From contig CM030337.1 in NCBI GenBank assembly GCA_017654855.1, positions 3,224,001-3,288,000 on the forward strand: a DNA stretch of 64,000 nucleotides. Reading direction: 5' to 3'. The notes below the pieces were generated by a model. That model saw nothing but the letters and a program-made list of their open reading frames with translations. It was not told where the DNA came from and did not search any database. Positions within the stretch are counted from its first letter, which is position 1; every line of letters starts with the position of its first letter. Below are positions 50,401-63,372 of this stretch, one piece after another. A program made the translations under genes and the position numbers. This DNA is from Podospora anserina. Lineage: Eukaryota.

Positions 50401-51864
50401 ACCTCCAAATCCAAAGCTGTTGATGCTGGCACGGCGCGCTTGCCCTGCAGGTAGAACCGGCCACTCGCCCAGGGAGGTAGGGATCTGGAGGCTGTGGTAA
50501 AAGGGCTCAATTTTGGGGTTGAGCTGGTTGAAGTGCATGTTTGGCGGAATCAAACCATGCTGAAGCGCCAGCGACACTTTGATCAAGGCCGCCACTCCGG
50601 CGGTTCCCTCGGTGTGGCCCAGGACCGTCTTGATTGAGCCGACATAGATCGGCTGCTGTGACTGTGCCTGTGGGGTACCATCTGGGAAGAAGGCGGTACT
50701 GAGCGCTTCGGCCTCGATCGGGTCACCAGCTGGCGTCCCGGTTCCGTGCGCCTCGACGTACTGGGGTCTGCCGTCGCCAAGGTAGTCGAGGCCGGCTTTG
50801 GTATATGTTTGCCGGATGAGCGCGGCTTGCGCCTTGGCGCTGGGCATGGTGATGCCGCTTGTGGCGCCATCCTGGTTGACGCAGACCTCGCGAATGATGC
50901 AGTCAATATCGTCGCCATCTTCAAGTGCGGCACTCAGTGTTTTGACTGTGGTGAAGCCGTTGTGTTGATTAGCGGTCAATATTTTTATTTTTTATTTTTG
51001 GTGAAACCAGAGACAAGCACCAGCTTCAGGGGAAACGTACCAACCACTGCAGCCACACCGTCTCCTCGCGCATATCCATTCGCCGCATCATCCCACATCC
51101 GCGATCTCGAGTCCGGTGACAGCATATTGAGCTTGCTTTCGCTGACAAAGTACTCGGGTCCAAGGAGAAGGTTGGTCCCGCACGCGACGGCTGCGCGCGA
51201 CTCGCCCGACCGCAACGCCTGGGCCGCGAGGTACACGGCGTACAAGCTGGACGAGCAAGCCGTGTCGAGCGTCATCGACGGCCCGTGCCAGTCAAAGAAG
51301 TAGGAGACGCGGTTGGCCATAATGCTGCGGCCTGTGCCGGTGGCATCTAAATTGTCATGCCAGAGTCAGCATTTCCCTGGTCTGGATACTGGATAATTAT
51401 TTTTTCCACTTACGGTACGTGGGCAGCTCATCGAGGTCGCGGTATGCTAGGAACTCAAAGTCGCTGCACATCTGGCCCGCGTACACGCCCGTGTCGCTGC
51501 CGCGGAGGCTCTGGATTGACTGCCCCGCCGACTCGAGCGCCTCGTACACCGTCTCTAGTAACAGGCGCTGCTGTGGGTCGATAGCGCCGGCCTCGACAGG
51601 CTTGATGCCAAAGAACTGGGCGTCAAAGGTCCGCACATCCTCCTCGATGAGATACGAGGCCTTGACGTTGGAGCGGCCGTGGTACGAGCCGTCAGGGTGG
51701 TAGAAGCCCTCAGCGCTGAAGCGGCTGTCTGGGATATCTTTCAGCACGTCACGGGGCTCTTTGAGCAGGTCCCATAGCTTAGAGGGGCTGCTGGAACCGC
51801 CCGCGAAGCGACAGGCGGAGCCGATCACCGCGATGGGCTCGTTGGTCGACTTGGCCGAAGACAT
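38482..51864 (-). CDS. Iterative hybrid PKS-NRPS (KS-AT-DH-cMT-ER0-KR-ACP-C-A-T-R)
   Basis: [12 protein letters not shown] start; [65 protein letters not shown]...[55 protein letters not shown]...GYAATKW. Introns near 51350-51413, 50949-51040 and 44603-44699. Confidence 0.96.
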
Positions 51865-52675
51865 TTTGGTTCTTGGTTTCTGGGACTGATCAACAGACAG
51901 GACACGACACAAAAAGGCTGTGCCGTCTAGGCGAGTACCGCAAGTTCAAGTCAAGGGCTTGTTGTGGTGGTGCGGTATTTCGCTCTTTGGGTACATGTAA
52001 CATGCTCAGCTAAAATCTCAGATGTCGCTGTCGAAAGTACTCTGAGGCTCTCTCCCGACAGTCGGGGAGCATTCTACACGACCTATATCTCACCTTGCTG
52101 CCATTGAGGTTCTTCACGGAAGCTCATTTTTCCGCCATGTTAGCCGCTACAGTGGCGGCCCCCGGTAAACCACCACTTGCCACCGCAGCACGCTCCTTGT
52201 TCTGAACTATCCGCATGTAACTCTGCCCTCGATGATCCGGGTCCGAGGAAGAGGTGGGTGGAGTGCCGGAGCCAGCGTGTAGTTGACTTGGTATAGTATT
52301 CCGAAGACCGAATTCGGAGCAAAGAATAAGCCGCCGCCGACGTCCCGATCTCCTCACTGGAGCTGTTACATTTGTGTCGGAGGGTTTATGCACACTTGAA
52401 GGATCGTCCCGGCCCTCTTTGTGTCTGGGACTGCCTTGTTACTCGCCACTCGCCTAAAGCTGCGCAAAGACTGGTCGCTCCGACCCTGCAGCTATCACGA
52501 ACCAACGGTAAACGGCTCCGCGGGTCGCAGTGTCGCTTTCTTGCGGTTCTGTCTAAAGGATAGCTGCGTGGCAGGCCGCCATCAAGCATAAGGTGGTTCA
52601 ATCGGCGTCCTCATCTGACGCCCAGACAGTTCAAATTTCCAACGACAAAAAGAGGACTGCCACGAACTCTCAACA

Positions 52676-54602
52676 ATGTCTGAAGCTTGGCGGGTCAATC
52701 TGCCGTTTGTCGGTTCGCCATCGTCAATGACAACCATGAATTCTGTCGCCGACTTTAAGGAAGCCCTGGGGCAGGTTCCCCTGACTAGTTGGCTCAAGTT
52801 TTCCGCGGGGCTTGTATGTTTTTTGTACATTCCTTCAAGTTGGGTCCAAATAACCCCAAGGAGAACTAACAGCCGCTCTTGCATCGACCTAGTACCTTGT
52901 CTACCATATCGTGCGCGCCATCTACCTCCTCAACTTCCACCCCTATGCCAAGTACCCAGGCCCTAAATGGGCGGCACTCAGCAACACTTGGTACATGTAT
53001 CAGTGGTTCAAGGGACGTTACCCATGGTCCATTGAAGCTGCCTTGAAGAAATACGGTCAGCAGTTGCCCACAATCCTCTTCGCTCCTTCATTACCTTGTC
53101 GTTAACACGCAGATAACCCCACAGGCGACGTCGTACGCATCGCGCCAAACGAGATTGTCTTCTTCACCGTCCAGGCCCAGAATGGTCAGTCATTCCTCAG
53201 TCTCCCATCCTTGGGCCCACCAGTCCTAACGAGTACTTATCTTTCACCTAGATATCCTTCTAAGCGGCACCAAGGGAAAGCCCGCGTTTAGAAAATCCAG
53301 CTTTTACTTTAAAATAGGGCCACACACCGGACTCGCTGCCGAGTCGGATCCCGAGAAGCACCGCACCATTCGCAAGTGGATGGCTCCGGCTTTCAGTCCA
53401 CGCGCCCTCAAAGAGCAGGATCCCGTGCTGCACGGGGTGGTCGATAAAGCCATCAACAAGATGGCGCAGAAGGGCGACACGCCCGAGGGCATGGACTTGA
53501 CCATCGTGAGTTGTTTTCATCTCTTCAACAATCAATTTTACTCTCTCTCCACGCAGCGCAACTGAATGGTGTTTAGTGGAGCGACTGGATCGCCTGCGAC
53601 CTGGCCGGGAGCCTGGGCTACGGCTACGACTTTGGGAACATCGAGAACGAGAAAGACGCGGACCTGCTTAGATGGTTCAACGCCGTCACCGTCTGGGTCA
53701 CAATGGACCAGGCCTTCAAGCGCCTGGGGCCCTTCGTCCACCCACTCGTCTATCTCATCCTGCCGCGCAGCTTGGTCAAGCTCCTTCGCAAGCACAAGAA
53801 AATCGTGGCCAACCGCGTGGAGAATGCCAAGGATTTCAAGCAGCGCGACTATTTTACCTCGTTCATCCAGGAGGGCAAGTCCATGCCCAACACCAACATG
53901 GACTGGATTCTGGCGCAGGCCAATCACATCTTCATCGGCGGGCTGGACCCAGACACGAACCTGTTCTGGTCTGCCATCCTGTTCCTCGCACAGCACCCGG
54001 ACAAGTTCAGAAAGTTCGCGGCCGAGATCAGGGGCAAATTCAAGAGATACGAAGACATCGAGGACGAAGAGCTCACCCACCTGCCGTGGCTGAGCGGCGT
54101 CATCGACGAGTCGCTGCGCCTGCACACCAACGGGTCCTTTGGGCAGCCGCGCGTCAGCCCCGGCGCCACCGTGGACGGGCACTACGTCCCCAAGGGGTGC
54201 GGCGTGCAGACGTCCATCTTCGCCGCCTTCCACAGCGAGCGCTACTGGCACAAGCCGCACGACTTCTGCCCGGAGCGCTGGCTGCCCGCCACGCACTCGG
54301 ACTACGACCCGGCCTTCGCCAAGGACGTGCGCGAGTGCTTCCGGCCCTTCAGTGCGGGCACCCGCAGCTGCATCGGCCAGAACATGGGCTACCGCCAGGC
54401 CCGCATTCTGTTCGCCAAGATGGCCTGGAAGCTCGACTGGGAGGTCGTGAACCCCCACGAGTTCCACTGGGAGCGCGACCTCCGCCTGTACGCTACCTGG
54501 GTCCGCCCGCATCCCAGGATCCGGTACAAGCTGTCGGACGTGGCTAAGGCGGCTGCTGCTGAGGGTGGGAGGGAGAATGGGGAGAAGCTTGTCGAGGTGT
54601 GA
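52676..54602 (+). CDS. Cytochrome P450 monooxygenase (cluster tailoring enzyme), multi-exon
   Basis: HPYAKYPGP, YGDVVRIAPNE, ESLR (ExxR), FCPERW and haem motif FSAGTRSCIG. Start codon uncertain. Confidence 0.92.
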
Positions 54603-55489
54603 GCCTGTGACCGAGATCCGGGGCTGGCAACGTTGTGGATGCATTCCAAGATTTCCGATATTAGATTAAGCGGCTATCGGAGGATTCGGATAAGTTTTCC
54701 AAAGGTAGAATATCCTACCATAGCTGGAATGAAGCATTGATCTCACATGTGTCCGCTTGTCCGAGTAATATGTAATGACTAAGGTAGCCTAGGTATGGAA
54801 GACTGGACATTAAAGTACCTTTACCGCTGTGAACAACTATTGTCTTGAGACTTGCACACGGCTTCGGTAAATGCATTGTGCATGTGAAACGGTTTGTTTG
54901 CAAAAGATACAATTTATTCGGAGAGGTGTGAATCGGAGACAGCGTAGTAATGTGAACGAGTCGTTGACACTGGGCCACCGTCTGATGACCGGGTGCTAAG
55001 CGATGTAGAGAAAAAGAACAGTGCAGTTGATTGAAGGTAGCTTATGGAAGATTAGCGCATTGTCTCGCATTCTCGGGCGCCGTTCTCAGCTAGTGGGCCT
55101 CATAGCGCAAGGTACCTTGTACCCCAGTATAGCATTCGTTGAAAGCTTGGAGGTTCAGCCAATGGGTATGGCGGGATTGAGCGCCGATCGCTTCTCTTCT
55201 TAGTGTTTCATGCAGCGTTACAATGCAAGTCATTCGGTGAGGCTTTGTCAGGTTCGGATGTCACATACCAATCACGCATAACTTAATAGTGTAATTGATC
55301 AGCTCTGTGGGATCCTCATTGTGTGTGTGCAATGCCGTTCTGGATGCATTGGCGACTGGGTCGAAAAGTGTGGTGTGTAGAAACTTGCCAGAGCGCTAAC
55401 AGATCTGCACACGCTTTTGTTCGACCCAGTTGATTGCACTGCTTGCTCATCTAAGCGGCGATCACCTTGAGCTCCAAACGCGCCCTAGT

Positions 55490-56090
55490 CTGGGCTCGGA
55501 GATTTCTACGAAACTGTTCAATCACAACGCTAGAATCTGCAAAACCCTGCTATATGATTGGTCCAATTGTATCATGACAAAAACACTTCGTATCTCCGTA
55601 ATGCCTGCTCAATTGAGTATAGTCTAATTCAACATCGGAAGGTTGGTAGGGTCGGGGACCTGACCGACTTCTTCAATACGGAGAAAACCCTCCGAACATA
55701 GATGTCCACCCGGCAAGGACGGACCCTCCGATAGATGCATGGGACCTACTGAGCTCCTCAGTGAGCAAGGCCAGACGGCAACCGTTTCTCTTGATTCTCG
55801 GCTGCCGTCGGAGGAGGAGCATAAGGATGCATCAAAGGAGGATTCCAGTTGACCACCATCTCGGAGCGGCACATTGACGTCCATGGATGGCAAGGGGCGA
55901 AGAGTCGGAGGAAGGCGGAGCCGGTAATGACACCCTGGCGAGGCTTCAGAGCCTTCAGGTACATTGGGAAAATAATTCTGTGATGTACACATACCACTGA
56001 CTTGGAAATGGTGGTCGAAGAAAGAACAAAAAATTGACCCAAATGCTGTCCAGACACTACACAGACTGAACAAGTCCATCTCCGAGACCC
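55490..56090. promoter_or_regulatory. Cluster of TCGGAG/CTCCGA motifs upstream of the enoyl reductase (putative Zn2Cys6 factor sites)
   Basis: Motif at 55496, 55690, 55726, 55808, 55861, 55905 and 56080; also at 52314, 52377, 52478, 60337, 60866 and 60896. Confidence 0.5.
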
Positions 56091-56145
56091 ATTCCAGCAC
56101 TTCTCAAGCTTCCACCGGTTATAACTTGTATGACTGGGAAAAAAG

Positions 56146-57309
56146 ATGACAACGTCGAGTGCCAACCCAGCGGCGGCGGCGGCGGATGCCAGCCATGCCA
56201 CCCAAACAGCCATCATCCAAATCGATAGCACCAAGCCGGCGGCTCTGCCCCTAACGGTATCCAACACCGTGCCCATGCCAACCATACCTCCGCCGGCAGG
56301 CCACGTCCTAATCCGCGTCCTCACAACGGCCCTGAACCCAAACGACTTCAAGATGCCGACATACATGCCGGACCCCGGCGCCACAGCGGGATGCGACTAC
56401 TGCGGCATCGTGATCGCTACGTCACCAGCCGATGACTCTCACAACTACCGAGAGGGTGACCGTGTGTGCGGGTCCCTCTTCGCGTACAACCCGGCACGGC
56501 CGCTCGACGGTGCCTTCGCACAGTTTGCGACCGTGGACGCGCGCCTAGCCCTGCGGGTCCCAGCAAGCTGGACCGACGCGCAAGCCGCGGTCCTAGGCGG
56601 CATAGGTTGGACGACGGCGGCGCTCGCGCTGTGGGGCGGGGATATGCTAGCGTTGAAGGGTAGACCATCACGACCTGTCACCGGGGTCGAGTCGGAGCCC
56701 GTGCTTGTGTACGGAGGGGCCACCGCGTCGGGGACGATGGCTTCGCAGCTGCTCAAGGCGTCCGGGTACAGGCCCATCGCCATTACGTCGCCCGCATCCG
56801 CATCGCTGGCTAGACGATACGGCGCCGCCGGCACCGCATCGTACTTATCTGCTTCGGTTGTCGAGGACGCGCGCCAGGCTACTGGAAACGGTATCCAGAT
56901 ACGCCACGCGCTTGATTGTATTACCAACGCCGAGTCCTACGCCGCGTGCATGGGGGCTATTGCGCGCCGAGGCGGCCGCTATGTCTGCCTCGAGGCGCTG
57001 GACGCGTCTTGGCCGGGGGGGCGTAAGGCGGTCAAGGTGGGTGTTGTTATGGCTTTTGAGACGACGGGGTACTCGGTTGATTATGGCGCTGGGTCGACGT
57101 ACACGCGGCCTGCCCGCGTCGAGTCTTACAAGCTGGGGGTCGAGGCGGCGGCGGAGATGCAGGCGCTTATTGATGATGGCCATGTCGTGCCGCATCCGGT
57201 TAGGGAGCTCAAGGGCGGATGGGATGGGATTCTCAAGGGGCTGGACATGCTCCGTGGGGCCAAGGTTAGTGGGGAGAAGCTAGTGGTTAGGATCCCGCAG
57301 GATTCTTGA
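56146..57309 (+). CDS. Trans-acting enoyl reductase (LovC-like, MDR family)
   Basis: ALNPNDFK, GCDYCG, GDRVCG, GAFAQF, VLVYGGATASG, ALDCI and VSGEKLV; adjacent to a PKS-NRPS lacking an active ER. Confidence 0.92.
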   Translation: MTTSSANPAAAAADASHATQTAIIQIDSTKPAALPLTVSNTVPMPTIPPPAGHVLIRVLTTALNPNDFKMPTYMPDPGATAGCDYCGIVIATSPADDSHNYREGDRVCGSLFAYNPARPLDGAFAQFATVDARLALRVPASWTDAQAAVLGGIGWTTAALALWGGDMLALKGRPSRPVTGVESEPVLVYGGATASGTMASQLLKASGYRPIAITSPASASLARRYGAAGTASYLSASVVEDARQATGNGIQIRHALDCITNAESYAACMGAIARRGGRYVCLEALDASWPGGRKAVKVGVVMAFETTGYSVDYGAGSTYTRPARVESYKLGVEAAAEMQALIDDGHVVPHPVRELKGGWDGILKGLDMLRGAKVSGEKLVVRIPQDS

Positions 57310-57932
57310 GACTTGTTGGGTTTGTGAGGCATGGGCTGGGTTTGAGATGGCGAGACGAGAAGCAGTCGCCCTTTGCGAAGAGTTCGTGATAGATTATGAT
57401 TAGGTCTAGGCTGTGAAATGAACGAAGTGTTTACACAATGTCGCAATTTCCTTGTGCAATATGTAAAGTCGTTGCTGTAATAACTTGGTGCTCTCCCGAG
57501 TCTAGGTACATTACCTTTCATCGAGGGCAAAGATGGGAGAAAAAAAGAAAGGAAAAACGGAAAGTTGCTGTACTGGGTGTCGTGCCTTGCAACAGTCAAT
57601 ACCTCCGTTGTATTTTTACGTCTCATCTCACAGAACAAGCAGTCTTTAAATATCTTCTGCCTCGTATATTAGGGTGAACTTTATCATACATTCAAATTCT
57701 CAATATTAATTATCCATGATTTCGCTCATTCTGAACTTGTTGGGGAATCTTTTTGCACCTTCTCTCCCAAATATCGAATTTCCCAGTCCTAGTACAACCA
57801 TTGCCTCGGAATTTGAACTTCCTACATTGGTGACATGTACAACCATGATGGGACACGTTAAAATGACGCCAGTAATGATCACTAACACTTTGTATTTTCA
57901 AATCTGCAAAAGAATCCAGGTTCATCTCATGG

Positions 57933-59946
57933 TCAGGCGACATCGCCAGTCTTAAGCTCGTTTGCCACAACGGTATCCGCGGCTTCCTTCTCCACATCAA
58001 CAGCTGCAACCCCCTCGGCCTCCTTCTGACTCTCCTTCTTTTTCTCCTCCTCCAGTCCGTACTCAGTCTCAAGCTTAGTCCTCAGCGGCACCCGCTCCTC
58101 AAACAAAACAATAAGGAAGTTGACGGCCGCAAACGCGATAGCGATCTGCCACAGCAGCTTGAGCGCGTCCTGATAGACGCCAACAATCTGGTCCCGCGTC
58201 GGCTTGGGAAAAGATCCGATGAAGGAGACGTAGGCGTTCTCGTAGGCCCGGTTGCCGCCCTGGAACAGGTCGCGTGCAGCCGGGTCCTCGATGCGCCAGG
58301 CCAGCTGGGAGAAGCGATTGTTGAAGATGGCGGCGGGGATGGCGACGCCCCAGATGCTGCCAAAGGAGCGGACAAAGGCAAAGGCCGAGGTCGTCGAGGC
58401 CTGGTGGCGCTCGAGCGTCTGCGCCTGGACGGCGGGCAGGAGGGTGTTGAGCACGAAGCCGGAGCCAATGGCCTTGATGATTTGGAAAATGGCCCACTCT
58501 GCCGTCGTGGTTTCGCGGTCTAGGAGGGTGAAGAGACCGTTGCCAATCACGGAGACGGCAAAGCCAAAAATATGCAGAGGCTTGTACTGGCCCCAGCGTA
58601 CTAGCATCAGGACCGAGATGATAGAGAAGGGCAGGGAGGTGAGGATGGCCGGAAGGATATCGACGCCCGCCTGGGCCGCCGACGCGCCAAGCACAGCCTG
58701 GAAGTAGACGGGCAGGAAGAAGAGGTTCCAGTACAGGGCCATCGAGTTGAGGAAGGTGGCGATGAAGATGATGACGACGGTGCGGTTCTTGAACAGATTC
58801 GGGGGCACCACTGGCTCCTTGGCCTTGGTCTCGTAGAAGCCGAACAGGACGAAGCCCGCGAATCCGATCAGAAGCGGGGACAGGATATGACCCGATGACC
58901 ACGGGTGGGTCGTGCCGCCATATGTGGTTGCGTACAGAATGGCAACGGTGGAAGCCATCAGGATTACGTTGCCCGTGTAGTCGATGCGTGCTAGCTTCTG
59001 AAGGTGCGACTCACTGCGGTTGTACGCGGTTCGGACGAAGAGGAAGATCATAACCATCGACGCGCCGCCAATCTAGAGAAATAAAGCGAACCGTGGTCAG
59101 CACCAATGACGGAGCTTAGTCTCGTGGAGGTATGAGGGCATTATTAGCATGATTAATTAAGTAACTAACCGGAAGTGTCAGGTAAAAGACCCAGCGCCAA
59201 GTGGTCCTCTCTGTAATGATTCCACCGACCCAGGGTCCGATTCCCATGCCAAACGTGTAGGTGAGCAGCACGACAGACATGTAGTTGCCTCGCACGCGCA
59301 GCGGCACCAGGTCGGATATGATAATGTCGATGATGATGTAAAGGCCTCCCGAGCCGATGCCCTGGACGGCGCGGCCGGCGATGAGCATGGCGCCGTTGGT
59401 GGCGCCGCCGCTGATGCCACTGCCGAGTGTGAAGAAGGCAACAATGGCCATGGTGACCCATCTACGGCCGTAGATGTTGGCCAGCTGGCCAAAGAGGGGC
59501 TGGACGGCGGCACTTTTCCAAACAAAAGGTTAGCGGGGCTTGTTCATCTGACTCTACCTTGATTGCAAGACATACCCTGTGAGGAAGAAGACATTGGTGA
59601 TCCAGACGTAGTTCTCGCCTATCTCCAGCTCGGTGACGATATGAGGCAGCGCCGTGGTGATGACGGTGTTCTCCAGTGCGCTGAGGAGGGCTATGATAGC
59701 GCACGTGATGAGGATGGCCCAGAAACGGGGTGAGGGCTTGAAGTCGGTAACGCCACTATCGGCCTTGTCCTTGGCCCCACCTGTCTTGCTGTTGTTACCA
59801 TTCCCGTCGCTGCTGTTCTCGGTATCGTTATCGTCCCTTGAGACACTGACCGGGGGCGCCATGCTGGATGTCGATGCAGTGGTTGCTGCAGCGATAGCAG
59901 GGTCCCTGTCCAAATCCGATTTTCGATCAGGTGTCTGAGTTGCCAT
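57933..59946 (-). CDS. MFS drug:H+ antiporter (DHA2, 14-TMS) efflux pump
   Basis: LLSALENTVITTALP, QPLFGQLANIYGRR, LIAGRAVQGIGSGG, SDLVPLRVRG, WRWVFY and RIDYTG; two introns. Confidence 0.92.
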
Positions 59947-61314
59947 GGCCGCCAAGTTCGATATTATCTGAGTGGTGAGAGAGTGTGAAAAACGATGCCT
60001 CAGGTCATTGTGCTATTTGAGCTGCTACAAGCCAAACCTGACCTGTAACCGGCGGGGAAGCTCCTCGGGAGGAAACTGATGGCAGCCCCCGGCAGTTAAT
60101 TCTCTCTCGTGATGATCGGACCTGGAATGAACGGGGGAAAAAATGTGCCGTGTGCGTGTAGGACGACCGCAGAAAGCAGAAAGTACAATCTACAAGATGC
60201 CCACTAGGGAATAGACCAAGGACCACACCTGTTAAGTGGGATTGGGATCCATAAAATATCGGCTGAGTATATACAGTTGCGACATCTTTCAAGAAAATAC
60301 AGGCAGCGCGCCGGAAGTTGGTTCTTTTCTCAAGGATCGGAGCATAATACGGTGCTACCGTCCGTATGCACCATTTGAGGAGTGACCTTCCTACCGTAGC
60401 ACCCAGCCGAGGCAAAACGGGCCAAAGAGTTGTGCCGCATGAATGCAGTATGTACAACCGCGGGAAGTAGCAGGTACAATCTGCTATGGCCAATTGGCCA
60501 TCAGGGTGATGTACCTAGATCATCCCTGTTGTGTGTAATTGAGGGCCACGATCTATTCCGTCCCTAGCCCATGCAATACCACTGTCCGGGGATGACAATT
60601 AGCTCTTATACCCGGAAGTCTGGATTGCAAAAAGGATTGATCAGCAAACTGTTTTGACGAGGTAACTTGAGGCTCTGTGTGTTCCGAACGGAACACATTC
60701 TGAATTGGAGTGCATGCTCTCTCTTTTGGACTTGAGCACTCTGCGGCGAGCTTGCCACCGCTAGCTGCCACTGCTGGGCGTCTAATCGGAAAGCTGGAGG
60801 ATATGTCGGGGTAAAGGACAACCTTAGTGGCTTGGCCGGAACGGTTTATAGAGACTTCGGTGTCCTCGGAGCGGACTTTCGGGAGATGAGCCTTCTCGGA
60901 GCGGTCTGTAGGATTCTGGCCAGACTACAACCCGGCAGGGGGCGCTTCTTGCGAACATCGCCGTTAGGCTCCTTCCTGTTTTCTGCCTTGTAGGCCGCTT
61001 GCTTCTGTCGCAAGGTCGCGTGCTTCTCCAGCTCCCCTTGCGCCCTTGACCCACAAACTCAGATCTGCCTACTATTCCAAGCGCGTCGCACATGACATGG
61101 TCTAAATGCACGCGATGACCTCTTCTCCATGCGCATGCATCATAAAATGCAATTTCTATTTTACAACATATATGGGGTAGCGTTCCTTCTTGGGTAATGA
61201 GAACGTTACGAACAGCCGACCTCAAGCCACTGACAATCAACTTCTTCCACGTTACCTTAACTCGACAAGCCTGCGGACGACTGAGAGGGGGCTCCAGGTC
61301 CATTCTGACGAACA

Positions 61315-63372
61315 ATGAAACCCCATGAGAAAGTTCTTGTCTTTCTCCAGATAAGCTGCTGCTTCGCAATCGCCGCAACAAGGGCCGAAGTCTTCGACTA
61401 TGTCATTGTTGGCGGCGGCACCGCCGGACTCGTGGTCGCAAACCGGCTCTCAGAGACACCGACTGTGCGCGTCGCGGTCATCGAGGCCGGCGGCGACGAG
61501 CGAAACAACCCCAACGTCACCCTCGCTAGCGGCTACATCACCATGGCGGCGTACAACACGCCAATCGACTGGGCTTACCAAACCGTACCCCAGCCCGGTG
61601 TAAACAACACGCCGTTGACTTATCACCAAGGCAAGGCGATCGGGGGAACCAGCGCCATCAATGGTATGGAATCACCTGTACCTGCACACCTTCTGTGCTA
61701 AGCACAGTGATCTAACAGACATCTGTCCCGACGGCCAGGCATGGCGTACGTCCGTAGCAACCAGGCCGACCTAGACGCCTGGGAGAGGCTCGGCAACCCG
61801 GGCTGGAACTGGGCCAGCCTGTACCCTTACTCCATGGGGGCCGAGAACTTCACCTTCCCCGGCCCGGGGCTGCAGGCGTCGGGCGTAACTTTTGACGCAG
61901 CCGTGCACGGCTACTCGGGCCCCATCCACACGGGCTACGGGAGCGCCTTGGGCAACATGACCCTCACGCCGGCGGTGCAAGACGCGTGGGAGGAGCTCGG
62001 GCTTCTGCCAAACGTCGACACGGGTCGCGGCAAAAACCGCGGTGTATCGGCAAACCCGCTTACCCTCGAGCCAGGGTCGCCGTCCATCCGTTGTGACTCG
62101 GCTCGGGCATACTGGTACCCCGTTGAGGATAGGCCGAACCTGAAAATTATCAAGGGCACGGCTCGGCGTCTGGTCTGGAGGAAGAACAACAAACCCTGCT
62201 CTAAGAAAGCAAATACCGCCACAGGCGTCGAGTACTTGGATGAGGATGGACAGGCCGTCGTCCTCTCCGCCACCAAGGAGGTCATCCTTTCGGCGGGGTC
62301 ACTCAGAACCCCGCTTGTCTTGGAAAGCTCGGGGGTTGGGAATCAAGGGTGGGTGAAACATTCCACAGCCTCCACCTCGGCGGGCAAGACACGGAAAACA
62401 CTTTGATAAAACTAACGAGACGTAGAATCTTAAAAAGACTCGGAATACCCGTTGTAGTCAGTCTTCCAGGGGTCGGTGAGAATTTCCAGGACCAGGGAAA
62501 CAATATCGTCTTCTACAACACCACGGCAAACGCCACGGGCGCCGTCGTCTCGCAGACCTGGGCCAGCCCGGCCGACGTATTCGGCAGCGACCTCGCCGAC
62601 ATTGCCAACAGTACCCGCAACGAGCTGCCGCGCTGGGCCGACCTGATTGTCTCGGCATCGGGTGACGCCGGCGCACTGCTGAACAGGAGCGCCGTCGAGG
62701 CGGTTCTGCGGGCGCAGCACGACCTAGTGTTTGGGGACTCGGAGGGTGCGACGACGCTGGTTGAGTTTGTCACCACGGCTTTTGGCAACGGCATGTTGAT
62801 GTCGCAGCACTGGACACTGTTCCCCTTCTCGCGCGGCAGTGTCCACCTCGCCTCGGCGGACGTGTCCAAGATCAACGAGCCTAGGATCGACCCACGGTTC
62901 AACCTCGTCGATTTTGACATCACGGCCCAGACCCAGGCCGCCAAGTTGGCCGCGCGGCTGGGGAAGACGGATGCACTAGGCCCGCTTGTGTCGGGGCGCA
63001 TCCGCCCGAGCCTGGACATCCTGCCAGAGAACGCGACTGACGCCCAGTGGAGAGAGTTTATCAAAACCACCTGTGAGCTCACCTAACCCCCCACAGCCAA
63101 CAACGGGAAAAAATAGCGGCTAGCTAACTCTTTGGAAACATCCAAACACAGTGGATGTCGACCACCACATCGTTGGAACGGCGGCCATGATGTCCAGGGA
63201 CCTTGGTGGTGTGGTGGACCCAGAACTGAGGGTGTACGGGACGGCCAACGTGCGCGTCGTCGACATGTCCGTCATCCCGCTCCACTTCAGCGGGCACCCC
63301 GTCGCCACGCTGTACGCCGTCGCAGAGCGGGCCGCAGACATCATCAGACGCTCGCCGCTCTATGCGGCGTAG
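61315..63372 (+). CDS. GMC oxidoreductase (AA3_2, glucose oxidase/dehydrogenase-like), signal peptide, multi-exon
   Basis: FDYVIVGGGTAGL, GKAIGGTSAING, EVILSAGSLRTPLVLESSGVG, LPGVGENFQD, PFSRGSVH, HHIVGTAAM, GGVVD..LRVYGT..VRVVD and GHPVATLYAVAERAAD. Confidence 0.92.

Noticed and set aside
38566-51703. Many antisense and alternative-frame ORFs over the PKS-NRPS (likewise over other GC-rich genes)
   Set aside because: Shadow ORFs caused by GC-rich codon usage; no domain motifs.
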